64,000 nucleotides of DNA from Octopus sinensis (GCF_006345805.1 NC_042997.1:162564001-162628000); one strand, 5' to 3'. Positions 1 through 12,250 are shown, counted from the stretch's first letter. A program made the numbers and translations. Notes: generated by a model from the letters alone, not told the origin.

Positions 1-551
1 ACATCATCATTTATATGGCTTACCATGCATAGTCTGCAGTACAGGCCAACTTTGATACGCATAAACTCATTACCATAAAGGAAGTTGGTTAATGAAAGGT
101 ATATTACATTGAGCTACACACCACTTCTTGGTTGCAAAACTGTTCTGAGGCAAGTGAAGCTGTGTTGGTCAAAGGATGAGTGGATTTTCATGCAAGTGGA
201 ATTATATTTAATATTGCATTGTTTGGCTGTACCCTAGGGTATGTTGACCTCACCAAGAATCAGATAGATTGCACTGTCTCATACTCAAAGTCTTACATAA
301 GGCTACAAAAGTCTCATGGATAAGTGCACAGCTGGAGGTGACAGAGGGAAAACGGATCAGCAATATGCAGTGGGTTGTTGAGCTAAAGTAGCTGAACTTC
401 ACAGGAAATTTCTCTTGCTGTCTCCGGTGTTATCAAATGTAATATTGCACGAAAATTCTGCACATAAACAAATAATAGCATTGAGTTTCTTGAGATATTT
501 TAAATGGAGATAGCACAGTATGCTGCACAGTTAAAAGTTGAATTTAGGAAG

Positions 552-1070
552 GTAGTGTTTCTACAGCTGGATGCCCTTCCTAATGCTAACCACTCCGTGA
601 GTGTAGTGGGTGCTTTTTACATGCCACCAGCACAGGGGCCAGAGGAGGCTGGCAACGGCCACGATCGGTTGGTGCTTTTTATGTGCCACCGGCATAGAAG
701 CCAGTCAAGGCGGTGCTGACATCGGCCATGTTCAGATGGTGCTTTTTACGTGCCACTGGCACAGGTATCACAACTACAATTTCCATTTGATTTTTATTTT
801 GATGTTGATGTACTTGACTCAATAAGTTTCCTCAAGCACAGCAGGTCGCCCTATGATCCAAGGTAAGCACAGCAGGTCATCCTACAATCCAAGGTACTTT
901 GAATGGGCTGGGGCTGGTGTAGGATACGCTGTGGACTCACTTTATTTGTCAGGTCTTCGCAGTCACAGCATATCTCTAGAGGTCTAGGTCTTTAGTTATT
1001 GCCTCTGTAAGGCCCAACGTTTGAAGGTCATGCTTGACCACCTCATTCCATGTCTTCCTGGGTCTACTCA
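552..1070 (-). mobile_element. RTE-clade LINE 3' fragment with repeat-rich 3' UTR
   Basis: Minus strand RPRKTWNEVVKHDLQTLGLTE (RTE RT C-terminus) joined to the ctacagctggatgcccttcctaatgc family sequence. Confidence 0.75.
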
Positions 1071-1211
1071 CTTGTCTTTCACTATTCATGCCCGCATTAT
1101 ATATCCAGTGGGGCATGCTCTTTCTAGCTATTTTTGATCAATTAACATAAGAATAAGCAAATTAGCTAGTTAGCAAATCTCTGTAAGAGATGAAAGAAGA
1201 CTATACTGAAA

Positions 1212-1422
1212 AGTAATGCTTATTGCCACTTCAACATGGCTGTCCCTCAGGAACCGATGTTACTACTGTTTTTAACCCCAGGGGAATGCCTCCTCCAGCT
1301 GGTTATTGACGCAATCAGATTGCAACGGTAACAAGCTGGAGGAAGCATTCTCCTGGGGTTAAAAACAGTAGTAACATCAGTTCCAATGGAACAAGCATGT
1401 TGAAGTAACAATAAACATTACT
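1212..1422. repeat. Foldback palindrome (105-bp arms, 1-nt spacer), probably MITE-like
   Basis: Arms 1212-1316 and 1318-1422 are reverse complements with scattered mismatches; centre GCAATC-A-GATTGC. Confidence 0.9.
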
Positions 1423-2354
1423 TAACATAAAATATTTCTGCATTTGTTTTTGTGTTATATGCAGCAAAGATAGGGGTAACACACATCTTACGCTGTGTTG
1501 CTACTGGGATGCAAGCCAGGATGTCATTGACCTCAGCTGGCTCAACTAAGCTAAGGGGTCTGATGCTGAAAGACCCCAAATTCCTTATAAACCCAGGAAC
1601 ATCACTATTGAAGTGCCCCAGAGTATCTGAGAGTTGTATCTTGAAACCTTAGTGCTACATTTTATTAGAAATTTTATTTTATGTTTTATTACTAACTATA
1701 TGAAATTTAAATATTCTTGAATGCTTTTCCATATCAGATTAAGTGTATAGAAATTAAACTATTAAAACTAAATATAGTGTTCTTGAACCCAAATTACTAA
1801 ATTGGCATGCTGCAAAGATAATTATCTTCAAATAGAATTTCACATTCCAGTATAGACATTCCATATAAGATAACTAATTATCGAATTTATATAGACAGAC
1901 CAAACTGTAATTAAACAATTGCACTTTACATTCCAATTAAAGCCATCTAAAAATATAAAGTTAGTTATATCAAAGAATTTAAGAAATGACTGTGTAAAAC
2001 AACAGCTTCCAAAAAACAGCTGTTACTTTTTCTCTGTCACATATTTGTGCTTATTAAGGAGTGATAATGTAAGCAAAAGTCAGTATGAGTCTAATAATTG
2101 AAAAATTTAAATAGTTATATGTTTTATCAACTAATCCATTAGACAGGAGGCAATTTTTCCTGCCTGTTGCATAAGAATTACTGACAACGACGACAATGAT
2201 GATATGTGTGTGAATCAACTTGTAAAAATAAGTATTGTTCTCATGAGCCCCTATTACAAAGGCAGGTATGCTGCAAAGGTAATTGTTGTGGTTGCCAGTC
2301 CCCCTTCTTATCTCTTGAAGAGAATGTCCCCCAGTGCAAGTTGTATGTAAAATA

Positions 2355-2485
2355 ATATAATAGTATGTGTGAGTGTGTGTGTATGTAAATATATATACAC
2401 ATACATATACATACGTGTATATGTATGTGTGTATATATATATATACACACATACATAAACATACATGTATATGTATATGTGTGTG

Positions 2486-2517
<32 letters not shown>

Positions 2518-2576
2518 TGTATATATATTTATATATGTATGTATATATATAGATGTATACATATTGTATATATATA

Positions 2577-2628
<52 letters not shown>

Positions 2629-2645
2629 AGTATATATATGTATAT

Positions 2646-2676
<31 letters not shown>

Positions 2677-2704
2677 GTGTATATGTTTGTGTGTATATAT
2701 ATAT

Positions 2705-2735
<31 letters not shown>
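2355..2735. repeat. Compound (TA)n/(TG)n microsatellite
   Basis: Directly visible; source of several spurious Y/I/C/V-rich ORFs. Confidence 0.97.
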
Positions 2736-3630
2736 CATCATCATTGTTTAACATCCACTTTCCATGCCGGCATGGGTTGGACGGTTTAACTGGGGAGTGG
2801 TGAGCCAGATGACTGCCCCAGGCTTCTGATCTGGCAGAGTTTCTACAGCTGGATGCCCTTCCTAATGCCAACCACTCCGAGAGTGTAGTGGGTGCTTTTA
2901 CATGCCACCGGCATGAGGGCCAGTCAGGTTGTACTGGCAATGCCCTCGCTCAAATGTTGCTTTTCACATACCACCAGCACAAGTGCTAGTAAGACGACAC
3001 TGTTAACGATCACGCTCGAATGGTGCATTTTACATGCCACCAGCACGGGGGCCAGTCAGCGGCCCTGGCAATGATCACGCTCGGATGGTGCTCTTAGCAC
3101 TCCACTAGCATGGATGCCAGTCATGCGGTCCTGTCATCGAATTTGATTTCAATTTCACTTGCCTCAACAGGTCTTCGCAAGCAGAGTTTAGTGTTCAATG
3201 AAAGAAAGGTACGCCTAAGTGGGCTGGTTAAACCACTGGCATAGACCACAAGTTATGGTCTCACTTGGCTTGCCGGGTCTTCTCAAGCACAGCATATTTC
3301 CAAAGGTCTCAGTGAGGCCTAATATTCGAAGGTTGTACTTCACCACCTCATCCCAGGTCTTCCTGGGTCTCCCTCTTCCACAGTTTCCCTCAAATGATAG
3401 GGTGTGGCACTTTTTCACACAGCTATCCTCATCCATTCTTGCCACATGACCATACCAGTGCAGTCATCTCTCTTGCACACCACATCTGATGCTTCTTAGG
3501 TCCAACTTTTCTCTCAAGGCACTTACATTCTGTCGAGTATGCACACTGACATTACACATTCAGTGTTGCAGACTGGCTTCATTCCTTGCAAGCTTATGCA
3601 TGTCGTCAACTGTCATGGCCCATGTGTTTT
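2736..3630 (-). mobile_element. 5'-truncated RTE LINE: RT C-terminus + tandem-repeat 3' UTR + (TGA)n tail
   Basis: LHWYGHVARMDEDSCVKKCHTLSFEGNCGRGRPRKTWDEVVK on minus strand at about 3300-3480; (ATC)n tail at about 2735-2745. Confidence 0.88.
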
Positions 3631-4372
3631 CCTCTCTCCTTGTCTTGATATGTGCTAGTTGTAAACAAATGTCACTGTCATGCAAACAGTGTCATTAAAT
3701 TTTGGTCTTTTGTGAAAAACATGTTTGGTCTTGAGGAAATACTATCTTACCTGAAAACAGGGGATGTTTGGTGACAGTAAGGGCATCTTCTTACTGCAGA
3801 GACTCTGCCTCTACAAATTCCATCCAACCCATACTAGTAATAGTAGTTAAATCTCCTTCAAATCACATCGTACCATTTTTTTTTAAAAGTGAAAGACACA
3901 TTAAATAAATAAGTCATAGTTACACTGTATCTGTGAAATATAAAAAAAAAATGTAGATTTGATGCCAATTGTTGGAATACCTTTAACTGTAGATTTGCTG
4001 AATTAGAGTTGGATTGGTGTTAAATAGCACCTATGTTGAATTTATGGTCACATTGGAATAAAATCACTTCTTATCACATGTTGTTGTTGTTGTTGGTGGT
4101 GGTGGTGCTGCTGCTGCTGCAGTGAGCTGGCAGAAGTGTTAGAACATCAGGCAAAATGCTTAGTGGCATTTTGTCTGTCTTTTTATGTTTTGAGTTCAGA
4201 TTCCACCTAGACTGACTTTACTGTTATTCTTTTGAGGTCAATAAAATAAGTACCGGCTGAGCACTGTGGTCAATGTTATTGCTTTACCCACTGTTCTGAA
4301 CTTGCTGCCCTTGTGCCAAAATTTGAAACCATTATTATTATTATTATCCTCATCATCATCATCATCATCACC

Positions 4373-4387
4373 CTTCTTCTTCTTCTT

Positions 4388-4418
<31 letters not shown>

Positions 4419-4584
4419 TTCTTCTTCTTCTTCTTTTCTTCTTCTTCTTCTTCTTCTTCTTCTTCTTTTCTTCTTCTTCTTCTCTTCTTCTTCTTCTTCT
4501 TCTTCTTCTCTTCTTCTTTTCTTCTTCTTCTTCTTCTTCTTCTTCTTCTTCTTCTTCTTCTTCTTCTTCTTCTTCTTCTTCTTC
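4373..4584. repeat. (TTC)n/(GAA)n trinucleotide tract, about 70 units with interruptions
   Basis: Directly visible; preceded by (ATT)n(CAT)n. Confidence 0.98.
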
Positions 4585-4885
4585 AGTAGTTTTATTTTTA
4601 TAACATGCTTTCATTCACTACCGAATGGAGCTCTGTGTGTCTTGGGTATGTGCTGTGGTTTGTTGTGATGCTCTTATTTTCACTGTATTGAAAGTGTTTT
4701 ACGTAGGATGTGTTCATTGCCTAGTAGTGCTATATTCTGTATGTTATATATATTTGTTAGTCCTGGTGCTTTTGTTATGCATTTGTCTGAATTTTTTTTT
4801 TTTATTATATTGTTGTTGTTGTTATTATTATTATTGTTGTTGTTGTTGTTATATTCATTAATGCTTTTTTTTATTGCTTTATCAG

Positions 4886-5001
4886 GTTCACATTAGTGAA
4901 AAAGGCAAAAATCCCACCAACAGCTCTCGCCTATACTTTAAAGAAAAAATCAGAGTTTCTTGTTGCCATGGCCAACTATTCCTTGCACTGTTATGATACA
5001 G
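4886..5001 (+). CDS. TBC1D31: TBC1 domain family member 31 (WDR67), first coding exon visible in window (WD40 region); gene is 5'-partial
   Basis: AG/GT-bounded; reads (R)FTLVKKAKIPPTALAYTLKKKSEFLVAMANYSLHCYDT(E), resembling human RFNLVQRTAQACTALAFNLRRKSEFLVALADYSIKCFDT; phases 2/1 fit the next exon. Confidence 0.93.
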
Positions 5002-6880
5002 GTAAAGAAAAATGTCTTTTGGTTTCTCTTAAGTAATGCTAAAAATTATGTTTAATTAAATTACTCTCTTTTACTGTTGAAAATTACATTTTCAGGTCTT
5101 GATAACTTTCATTTTATTAATCCTACTAATATGGTCACTTCCCTATACACTTTATCCTCTAAACCACAGATGCATTGCCTCCTTATTGTGCATTTTCTCC
5201 TGCTATTACCATGGGGTCTACTCATCAAAGCCAGCTAATTGCAGTTTGTCTTTACCAAAACCCATTTCGCACACCAATTTCTCCTTTCCTTACTTATGCT
5301 GTGTCTTCTCCCACACCACACTCAGTCCACACACTTATAGCTATGTCCTACCCTTCATCCATAGGACATCGATCCCATTCTGGTACATGCTTATCCTACA
5401 AATGGTGATTTCTAGATGTTCAAGCTGAACGTAAATTGTATCAATCTTACCAGTGGCAGAAGATCTGCAAAAACCATAGGCAGGTCCCCTTCCTTCTTAC
5501 CAAACCATAAAAAAATGTTACAATCATTAATAATATTATTTCATAAGTGATCTTTTATATAATTTGGTAGGTTCTTATAATGATTCTTACATGAAGTATT
5601 GGGTGGGGTTTGGGGTTAGGGATAAAATATAAGATATTAGCATCATTATATTAAGCATCTAGTTCTATAAATATTTGGAAGAACTGGTGTTACTGAAGTA
5701 GGGTGTATTACACATCATTTTAAATTGTTGATTAAAAAGATGCTGTTTAGTATATATTGTATTCACGTGTAAAGAAATAATATAGAAAATGTGAAATAGA
5801 CTGAAATAATTGAGAAGGATCACTTGAATACATTTGCTTGCTAGATAGAAGTCAATAGAGAATTATATATGTTGGGACTATACAGAGGTGAGAGGAATTT
5901 TCAGTTTTACCAGCAGGGCAAGACAAGACAACCTCTATAGTACTGCTTCAGTGAAAACATGCATCCAGTTTGCTCTGTAAAGTGTTTGACATATGGAAGG
6001 TATCCAGCCATAGAAGCCATGCCAAAACTGACACCTTGAAGCATAATCTGATCAGACCCTCTGAACCATCCAACCCATGTCAGCCTGGAAAGCAGAAGGC
6101 AGCAGTTGTGTCTAAAGTGCTGTTGTTTTTATCTAAAATTTAAGATTTCTTTCCAAACAAATTTTCATTTGTATAAAATATCTGAATGTTTGAGATGATT
6201 TGTTGTTAATTTCTAAGGATGAAACAGCTTTTGATATTTACTTTTATCATTGTTTTCAATTGTTTATTATCTGATTACCTTCAGGTGTCTTAATCCTGGA
6301 TATGTACAGAGTAAGTAGCAAATATGAGCATTAACTTCTAGTAACAGTCCAGTATTATCTACACATCCAGGAATAAGACACTTGATGGATATCAGAGATC
6401 AGACCAGTTGCAATGTAGTACAACTCAAAATATTTAAAATAATTAAAATAGACATCTATATATAATACTTAATGTAAATATGCCACTAGAAGGCAAATGA
6501 ACTTCAGTAATCATCCAGAGATAACATCTCTTATGGATGTGCCACTTCTTTGCATGTAATGAATTTGAAATAAGTAAAGTTAAACGCCACTTATTAATAC
6601 CCATATTAATGTGGTGATTAGCTTTTCTTGTTAGTATAGTTACTACTCTAATCTCTTATTGAGATTTTACAACTTGCTATTTTGCTTGTTGCAAATCAGT
6701 GACTGATGGTCACTTTATTTACTATTTATTGCTTGCTAGAGTAGATTCTGGTGACCAGGTGTTCGTGACTGAAGATGAGAACTAGTTCAAAACCGAATCA
6801 ATTTCACAATCCTGTCATCTGCTGGAGGATGGTAGCAGTTTGCTCCCCTGCTGACTATATATATATATATATATTATATA

Positions 6881-7198
6881 TGTAGTAGGAGCACTCCGTC
6901 GCTTACAACGATGTGGGTCCCAGATGATACAATCAATGGAACAGCCTGCTTGTGAAATTAACATGCAAGTGACTGAGCAATCCACAGAAATGCGTACCCC
7001 TAACGTAGTTCTCAGGGATATTCAGCTTGACACAGAGTGTGACAAGGCCTACCCTTTGAAATACAGGTAAAACTCATTTTTACCAGCTGAGTGGACTGGA
7101 GCAACGTGAAATAAAGTGTCTTGCTCAAAGACAGAACGCATTGCCAGGAATCGAACTCACGACCTTACGAGCGTGAGCCAAACGCCCTAACCACAAAG
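6881..7198 (-). mobile_element. tRNA-derived SINE flanked by (TA)n
   Basis: Minus strand begins with A/B-box-like head (TGTGGTTAGGGCG...GTTCGATTCC); related plus-strand copy at about 17490-17790. Confidence 0.8.
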
Positions 7199-7470
7199 CC
7201 ATATATATATATATATATCTTCTGCCAGATGGTTATAGGTACAGTGCTGCACCTATAACCATCTGGCAGAAGATCTGCCTATGGTTAAACTAATAGTAAC
7301 ATTAAACAGCCATATTGAAGTGGCGATTAACTTTACTTGTTAGTATAGTTACTACTCTAATCTCTTGTTGAGATTTTACAACTAGCTACTTTAGATTTAA
7401 AATTATTATTTTATTTCTAAAGATAATATTACTCATCCACAAAATTAATCTCATTCTAATTTCTCTTTAG

Positions 7471-7649
7471 AAACAAAAGAACTGGTTGCAGAGATGAAAG
7501 GTCATCAGACTGCTATAAATAATATCTCAGTTCATGCTAGTGGAAAGTTTGCCATCACTGTATCTGTTGATGATGCTCTTCTTTGGAATCTTGAAAAGTT
7601 TCAGCAACTGAAGAAATTAAGCATCAATGAAAACATCTGCATAACAGAG
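7471..7649 (+). CDS. TBC1D31: TBC1D31 coding exon (WD40)
   Basis: TKELVAEMKGHQTAINNISVHASGKFAITVSVDDALLWNLEKFQQLKKLSINENICITE; ttag/gtagat boundaries; SVHASGK and LW motifs shared with human. Confidence 0.95.
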
Positions 7650-7740
7650 GTAGATATAAATTTTATGTAATTTTAATTTACTGTATTCTTAAAATATATT
7701 CATTTTCTTTTGTAAAAGTGGAGTTATTAAAGACTACTGT

Positions 7741-8033
7741 TGTTGTTCCTTCTCGAGCCACTCCTAGCTCATAGGGCCGGTTTCCTTAGCGTATAGGTTC
7801 CCCACCTGGACGGGACACTGGTCTGTTGCAGGTGAACTGCAAGATGCAGGAGGAAAGAGTGAGAGAAGGTTCTGGCGAAAGAGTCAGTAGAAGTTCGCCA
7901 TTACCTTCTGCCAGAGCCGCGTGGAGCTTAGGTGTTTTGCTCATAAGCACACACATCGCCCAGTCTGAGATTCAAACCCGTGATCCCTCGACCGTGAGTC
8001 CGCTGCTCTAACCACTAAGCCATGTGCCTCCAC
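7741..8033 (-). mobile_element. Full-length tRNA-derived SINE with (AAC)n tail and 12-bp TSD
   Basis: TSD AAAGACTACTGT at 7729-7740 and 8034-8045; head GTGGAGGCACATGGCTTAGTGG (A box)...GGTTTGAATCTC (B box). Confidence 0.92.
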
Positions 8034-8668
8034 AAAGACTACTGTAGGAGTGGTGTGCTATCATCTTTGACAATTTAACTAGAAATATATATGATGACAA
8101 GGGCCCAAAACTTATGGTGGTTTGCTGTGCATGAGAAGACATGTCAATTTAAGTGAAATCGTAGTTGTCCTTACATGCAAGCATGTCCCCTGCATCCCAC
8201 TTTAGCTGAGCAATCCTAATCTTGCAGGTTCATGGCTGCTGGTGTCACGTGAAAAACACTTGTGCCAGTGCAATGTAAAAGCACCCATACCAGTGCTGCA
8301 TAAAAGCACCTTGTGCATTCTGTAAAGTGACTCCACAAATCCAATAGTTACAGAATGCTGGAGCTACTAATTTGTATAGCATAAGTGTTTAGCATTTTAT
8401 TTAATATCAGTGTTGGTGTCACCTGAAAAACACCCAGTGTACTCTGTAAAGTGATTGGTGTTAGGAAGGGCATCCAGCTCTAGAAACCTTGCCAAAACAG
8501 ATAATAGAACTTGGCATAGCCCTCTGGCTTTCCAGCTCTTGAGGAACGGACATTAAATGATGAGGATGATGATGATGTTGCTTGATTTGCAAAAAATATC
8601 CTAAAACATAACACTTTCTTACACATTCTTTTAATTGTCTTTCATTTAATACTTAATTTTTCTTTCAG

Positions 8669-8817
8669 GTGTTCTTTCTCCCTTTGAGTAATATTATCAT
8701 TACCTGTTTCAAAGATGATTCAATATTTGGTTGGGATCTAGAAACACTTAGTTGCAAATTTGAACTGCCAATTCCACCTGGTAAAAAGACAAAATACAAA
8801 ACACTTGCTTCCACACG
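8669..8817 (+). CDS. TBC1D31: TBC1D31 coding exon (WD40)
   Basis: VFFLPLSNIIITCFKDDSIFGWDLETLSCKFELPIPPGKKTKYKTLAST(R); ttcag/gtaag. Confidence 0.96.
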
Positions 8818-10651
8818 GTAAGAAACTGTTAATTTTACAAAAAGAAGTCACTTTGAATATTATAGGTGCAGGAGTGGCTGTGTGGTTAAGAATCTTGCTT
8901 TCCAATCATGTAGTTTTGGGTTCAGTCCTATTTTGTGGCACTTTGGGCAAGTGTCTTCTACTATAGCCCTGGGCCCACTGTGTGTGTGTGCACGTGTGCG
9001 CATCTGTATATCTATCTATCATATATATACACACACATATCTATATCTATCTATCTATTTATCTATATATATGTGTGTGTGTTTGTGTACTGTTGTCTAG
9101 ACATCACATGTTGGTTGTAAATGACCACTCTGTGAAAAACGTATCTAACTATTGAAAATATTACCCAGAAATAGGTGAGGGTTAGTGATGAGAATGGCAT
9201 CCAGCCATAAAAAAAATTCATCTCAACAAATTTCAGTTGACTCATGCAAGCATGGAAAAGAGGATGTTAAATGATGGAGATGATGCTGAAATTGTTTTTG
9301 AACAAGTGAAGATAGCATAGGGTTGAGAGGATGTAGATGTCCATATTCTAGTTATGTACAACCAACAAACATTCTGAATCCTTATAGCTCTGTCAAGAGC
9401 CTTCTCTTACTAAAAAAGTTATCATTTGTTCGTTGTTTTTCTCTCCAAGTCTATTTTATTCATGCATTCTAAGTTCTACTCCCAAACTACCTATCTTTGA
9501 CAACTAATTGTCTCACAAAGAGACAAGTACCTGACTTGGTTAAACTCTCCTCACCTGTCTAAAATGATAGTGTGAGATATCCTCCATTTGAACACAAAAA
9601 GATGAACTCAAGCACATTACTCCTCTCTTAGTTTCCACTGTTACCAAACCATTTAACTTTTTTTACCATCGGTGTGATATACACCAAAATAACTTTTTTA
9701 AGCATCTCCGTTAGTTTGATATGACTTTGTGTAGGTTCTTTGAGTGTATAATTTTATATATAAATGTTAGTGAATACAATAATTGGTGATAAATTCTATG
9801 CAAACGGAAATTACAATCTAATTTTAATTCCCACTTAACACAATTAGTATTCTTGAAAAATTTCTTCTAATTTTGTCACAAGACTAGCAATTTTAGTGAG
9901 AAGAAGTTAGTTAATTACATTGACCCCAGTACTTCTCTGGCATTTATTTTATTGACTCCAAAAGGATGAACAGCAAGGTTGACCATGGCAGGATTTGAAC
10001 TCACAATATAAAGAGCCAGCAAAATTGCTGCCAAGCATTTTGCTTCATATGTTTACAATTCTACCAGCTTATCCCCTTGAATAATCCTTTCTTATATAGG
10101 CAGAAGGCCATAAATTTTATGAAGCTGATTACATCAACCCCAATACTGAAGTGGTACTTCATTTTATCAAATTGAAAAAGATGAAAGGCAAAGTTAACCT
10201 CGGTAGGATTTTAATTCAGATTGTAAAGTGGCAGAAGAAATGCTGTTAGACATTTTATCTGACATCATCATCATCATTATTGTTTAATGTTCGTTTTCCA
10301 TGCTAGCACGGGTTGGATGGTTCGACTGGGGTCTGGGAAGCCAGGAGGCTGCACCAGGCTCCAGTCTGATCTGGCAGTGTTTCTACAGCTGAATGCCCTT
10401 CCTAATGCCAACCACTCTGTGAGTGTAGTGGGTGCTTTTTACGTGCCACCTGCACAGAAGCCAGTCAAGGCAGTGCTGGCATCAGCCTATGCTAACTATT
10501 TCACCAGCTCACTACCTTAAATAATGAATGAACATTTCAACTGCTCATTTATTCTTGTATGACAGTGAGATTTGATGCTTGTATGACAAATCAGGAAAAA
10601 TGTTCATTTTCTTTAAATATGATAGCTCACTATTTCTTTACATTTTTCCAG

Positions 10652-10811
10652 GAGCGGTCGTACACTGGCTGCTGCAGGCCACTCGAGATTTATAAGCCTG
10701 TTTGCCTTGGATACACACACCTTATTTCGGGTGATAGAGCTGCCCAGCAAAGTTACCATTGTGAAACAGCTTGTTTTTCTCTCAGACAGTTTTGATAAAG
10801 GATCAAATAAG
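10652..10811 (+). CDS. TBC1D31: TBC1D31 coding exon (WD40)
   Basis: SGRTLAAAGHSRFISLFALDTHTLFRVIELPSKVTIVKQLVFLSDSFDKGSNK; ccag/gtaag. Confidence 0.95.
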
Positions 10812-11505
10812 GTAAGAACAAATTCTTTCTGAAGATTAAAGCCATGTTGTTTTTGTTGTAGTATTGTGTAACCCTAAGTTCCCTCTGATCAGGCAGGCCC
10901 ACGGTATGCAAATAAGAGGCTAAATTACTTAGCTGTGGCCCACAGATCTGGTGTTCTAGATGTACTATATTTCCACTTAGTTGAGGCCCATACTACTCAG
11001 TTCAACATTCAATGGTTAATTGTGTACAGTGACCCATTGTAGCTTTGACATGTTGTCTTCTCTTCATTGTTATATCTACTTCTTTATACTTGAGTTGTTT
11101 AGTCTTAAATCAACACTGATGAAGCAGACCTATAATCAAAGGCATTCCAGCCATGCCTATCTTGTCTCTGTAGAGTTTTGTTTTGGACAGCATTATCCAG
11201 TGTACCCTTTATTTAAGGCAGTAAAGTGTGAGTTGCAGGATATTTTGCTGTTATCTCTCACAGGTTGAGCAACCACATTAAGGTTCTCTGATTTAAATAT
11301 TAAACATCAACTATCAATTGCATCTAGATAGTTATCTGAGCAGCATATGGGTTACTGTTAATTACTCTATTGTATCACCTATCATATATACACCAGACTT
11401 CTCATTCCCTTTCTCTTCTTACAAAGCATCAAAAACAAAATCAAAACTGAACTGATAGTAATCATTCACCAGCTATAATTTATAATTTTCATTTTTTTTT
11501 TTCAG

Positions 11506-11706
11506 ATACTTGGTGCCTTGTGTCAAGACGGTATTGCAAGATTCATGGATATCCACTCATGTAAACTGCTCTTTGATATTGGTACCATCGAAGACCGAAT
11601 ACACAGTATTGCAAGTAGTCTTATGGGGAAACATTTAATTGGTTTAATGGATTCTGGTAATATGAACATTTACAGTCTCCCAGCTCTCACTTCAGAACTG
11701 AATAAG
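11506..11706 (+). CDS. TBC1D31: TBC1D31 coding exon (WD40)
   Basis: ILGALCQDGIARFMDIHSCKLLFDIGTIEDRIHSIASSLMGKHLIGLMDSGNMNIYSLPALTSELNK; T-rich acceptor, gtatg donor; overlaps ORF 11518..11733. Confidence 0.96.
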
Positions 11707-11975
11707 GTATGCTATTTGGATTCCAGTTTTTAAGATATTTACATTTGTATTTATTTGCTTATTTGGGATGGTTGTTGCTTAATTCCATGTCAGCCTTAAT
11801 TATCATCATCATCTTTTAAGGTCTATTTTCCGTGCTTGCATTGGTTGGTCAGTTTGACCGGAGCTGGCAAGCCACAGAACTGCACCACATTCCAGTTTGA
11901 TTTGACTTGGTTTCTTTGACTGGACGCCCTTCCTAACACCAGCCATTTCTCAGTGTGTGCCAAGTGCTTTTAATA

Positions 11976-12250
11976 TACCACCAGCACAAGTGCTTTTATG
12001 TGATACCAGCATGAGTCTTGTTACCTGGCACCAGCACAAATGCTTTTTTTACCTGGCACCAGTAAGAATGCTTGTTACCTGACACCAGCACGAGTGCTTT
12101 TTACCTGGCACCAGCATGAGTTTTTTTTTACCTGGCACTAACACATGTCCTTTTTATCTGGCACCAGCATTTGTGCTTTTGTATATCACCAGCATAAGTG
12201 CTTTTTGCATGGCATCAGCACGAGTGCTTTTTATCTGGCACTAGCACAGG
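11976..12250. repeat. Minisatellite of about 29-30 bp (TTTTACCTGGCACCAGCACGAGTGCT-like) inside an RTE 3' UTR copy
   Basis: About 9-10 degenerate head-to-tail units following the RTE-family sequence at about 11810-11975. Confidence 0.85.

Noticed and set aside
2054-2940. Long ORFs of 91-210 aa on both strands
   Set aside because: They are translations of (TA)n/(TG)n microsatellite plus RTE UTR; low-complexity Y/I/H/T/C/V content
4266-4614. Poly-F/L/S and poly-E/K/R ORFs
   Set aside because: They are frames of the (TTC)n repeat, with no splice or homology support
1-4885. TBC1D31 first exons (expected ...IW.RK... and ...F..VAF...GD..GN.Y.F...)
   Set aside because: No matching AG/GT-bounded segment found; probably upstream of the window
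11976-12250. CRISPR-like appearance of regularly spaced 29-30 bp repeats
   Set aside because: Units are head-to-tail with no unique spacers, lie in a eukaryotic retroposon UTR, and no cas genes are present
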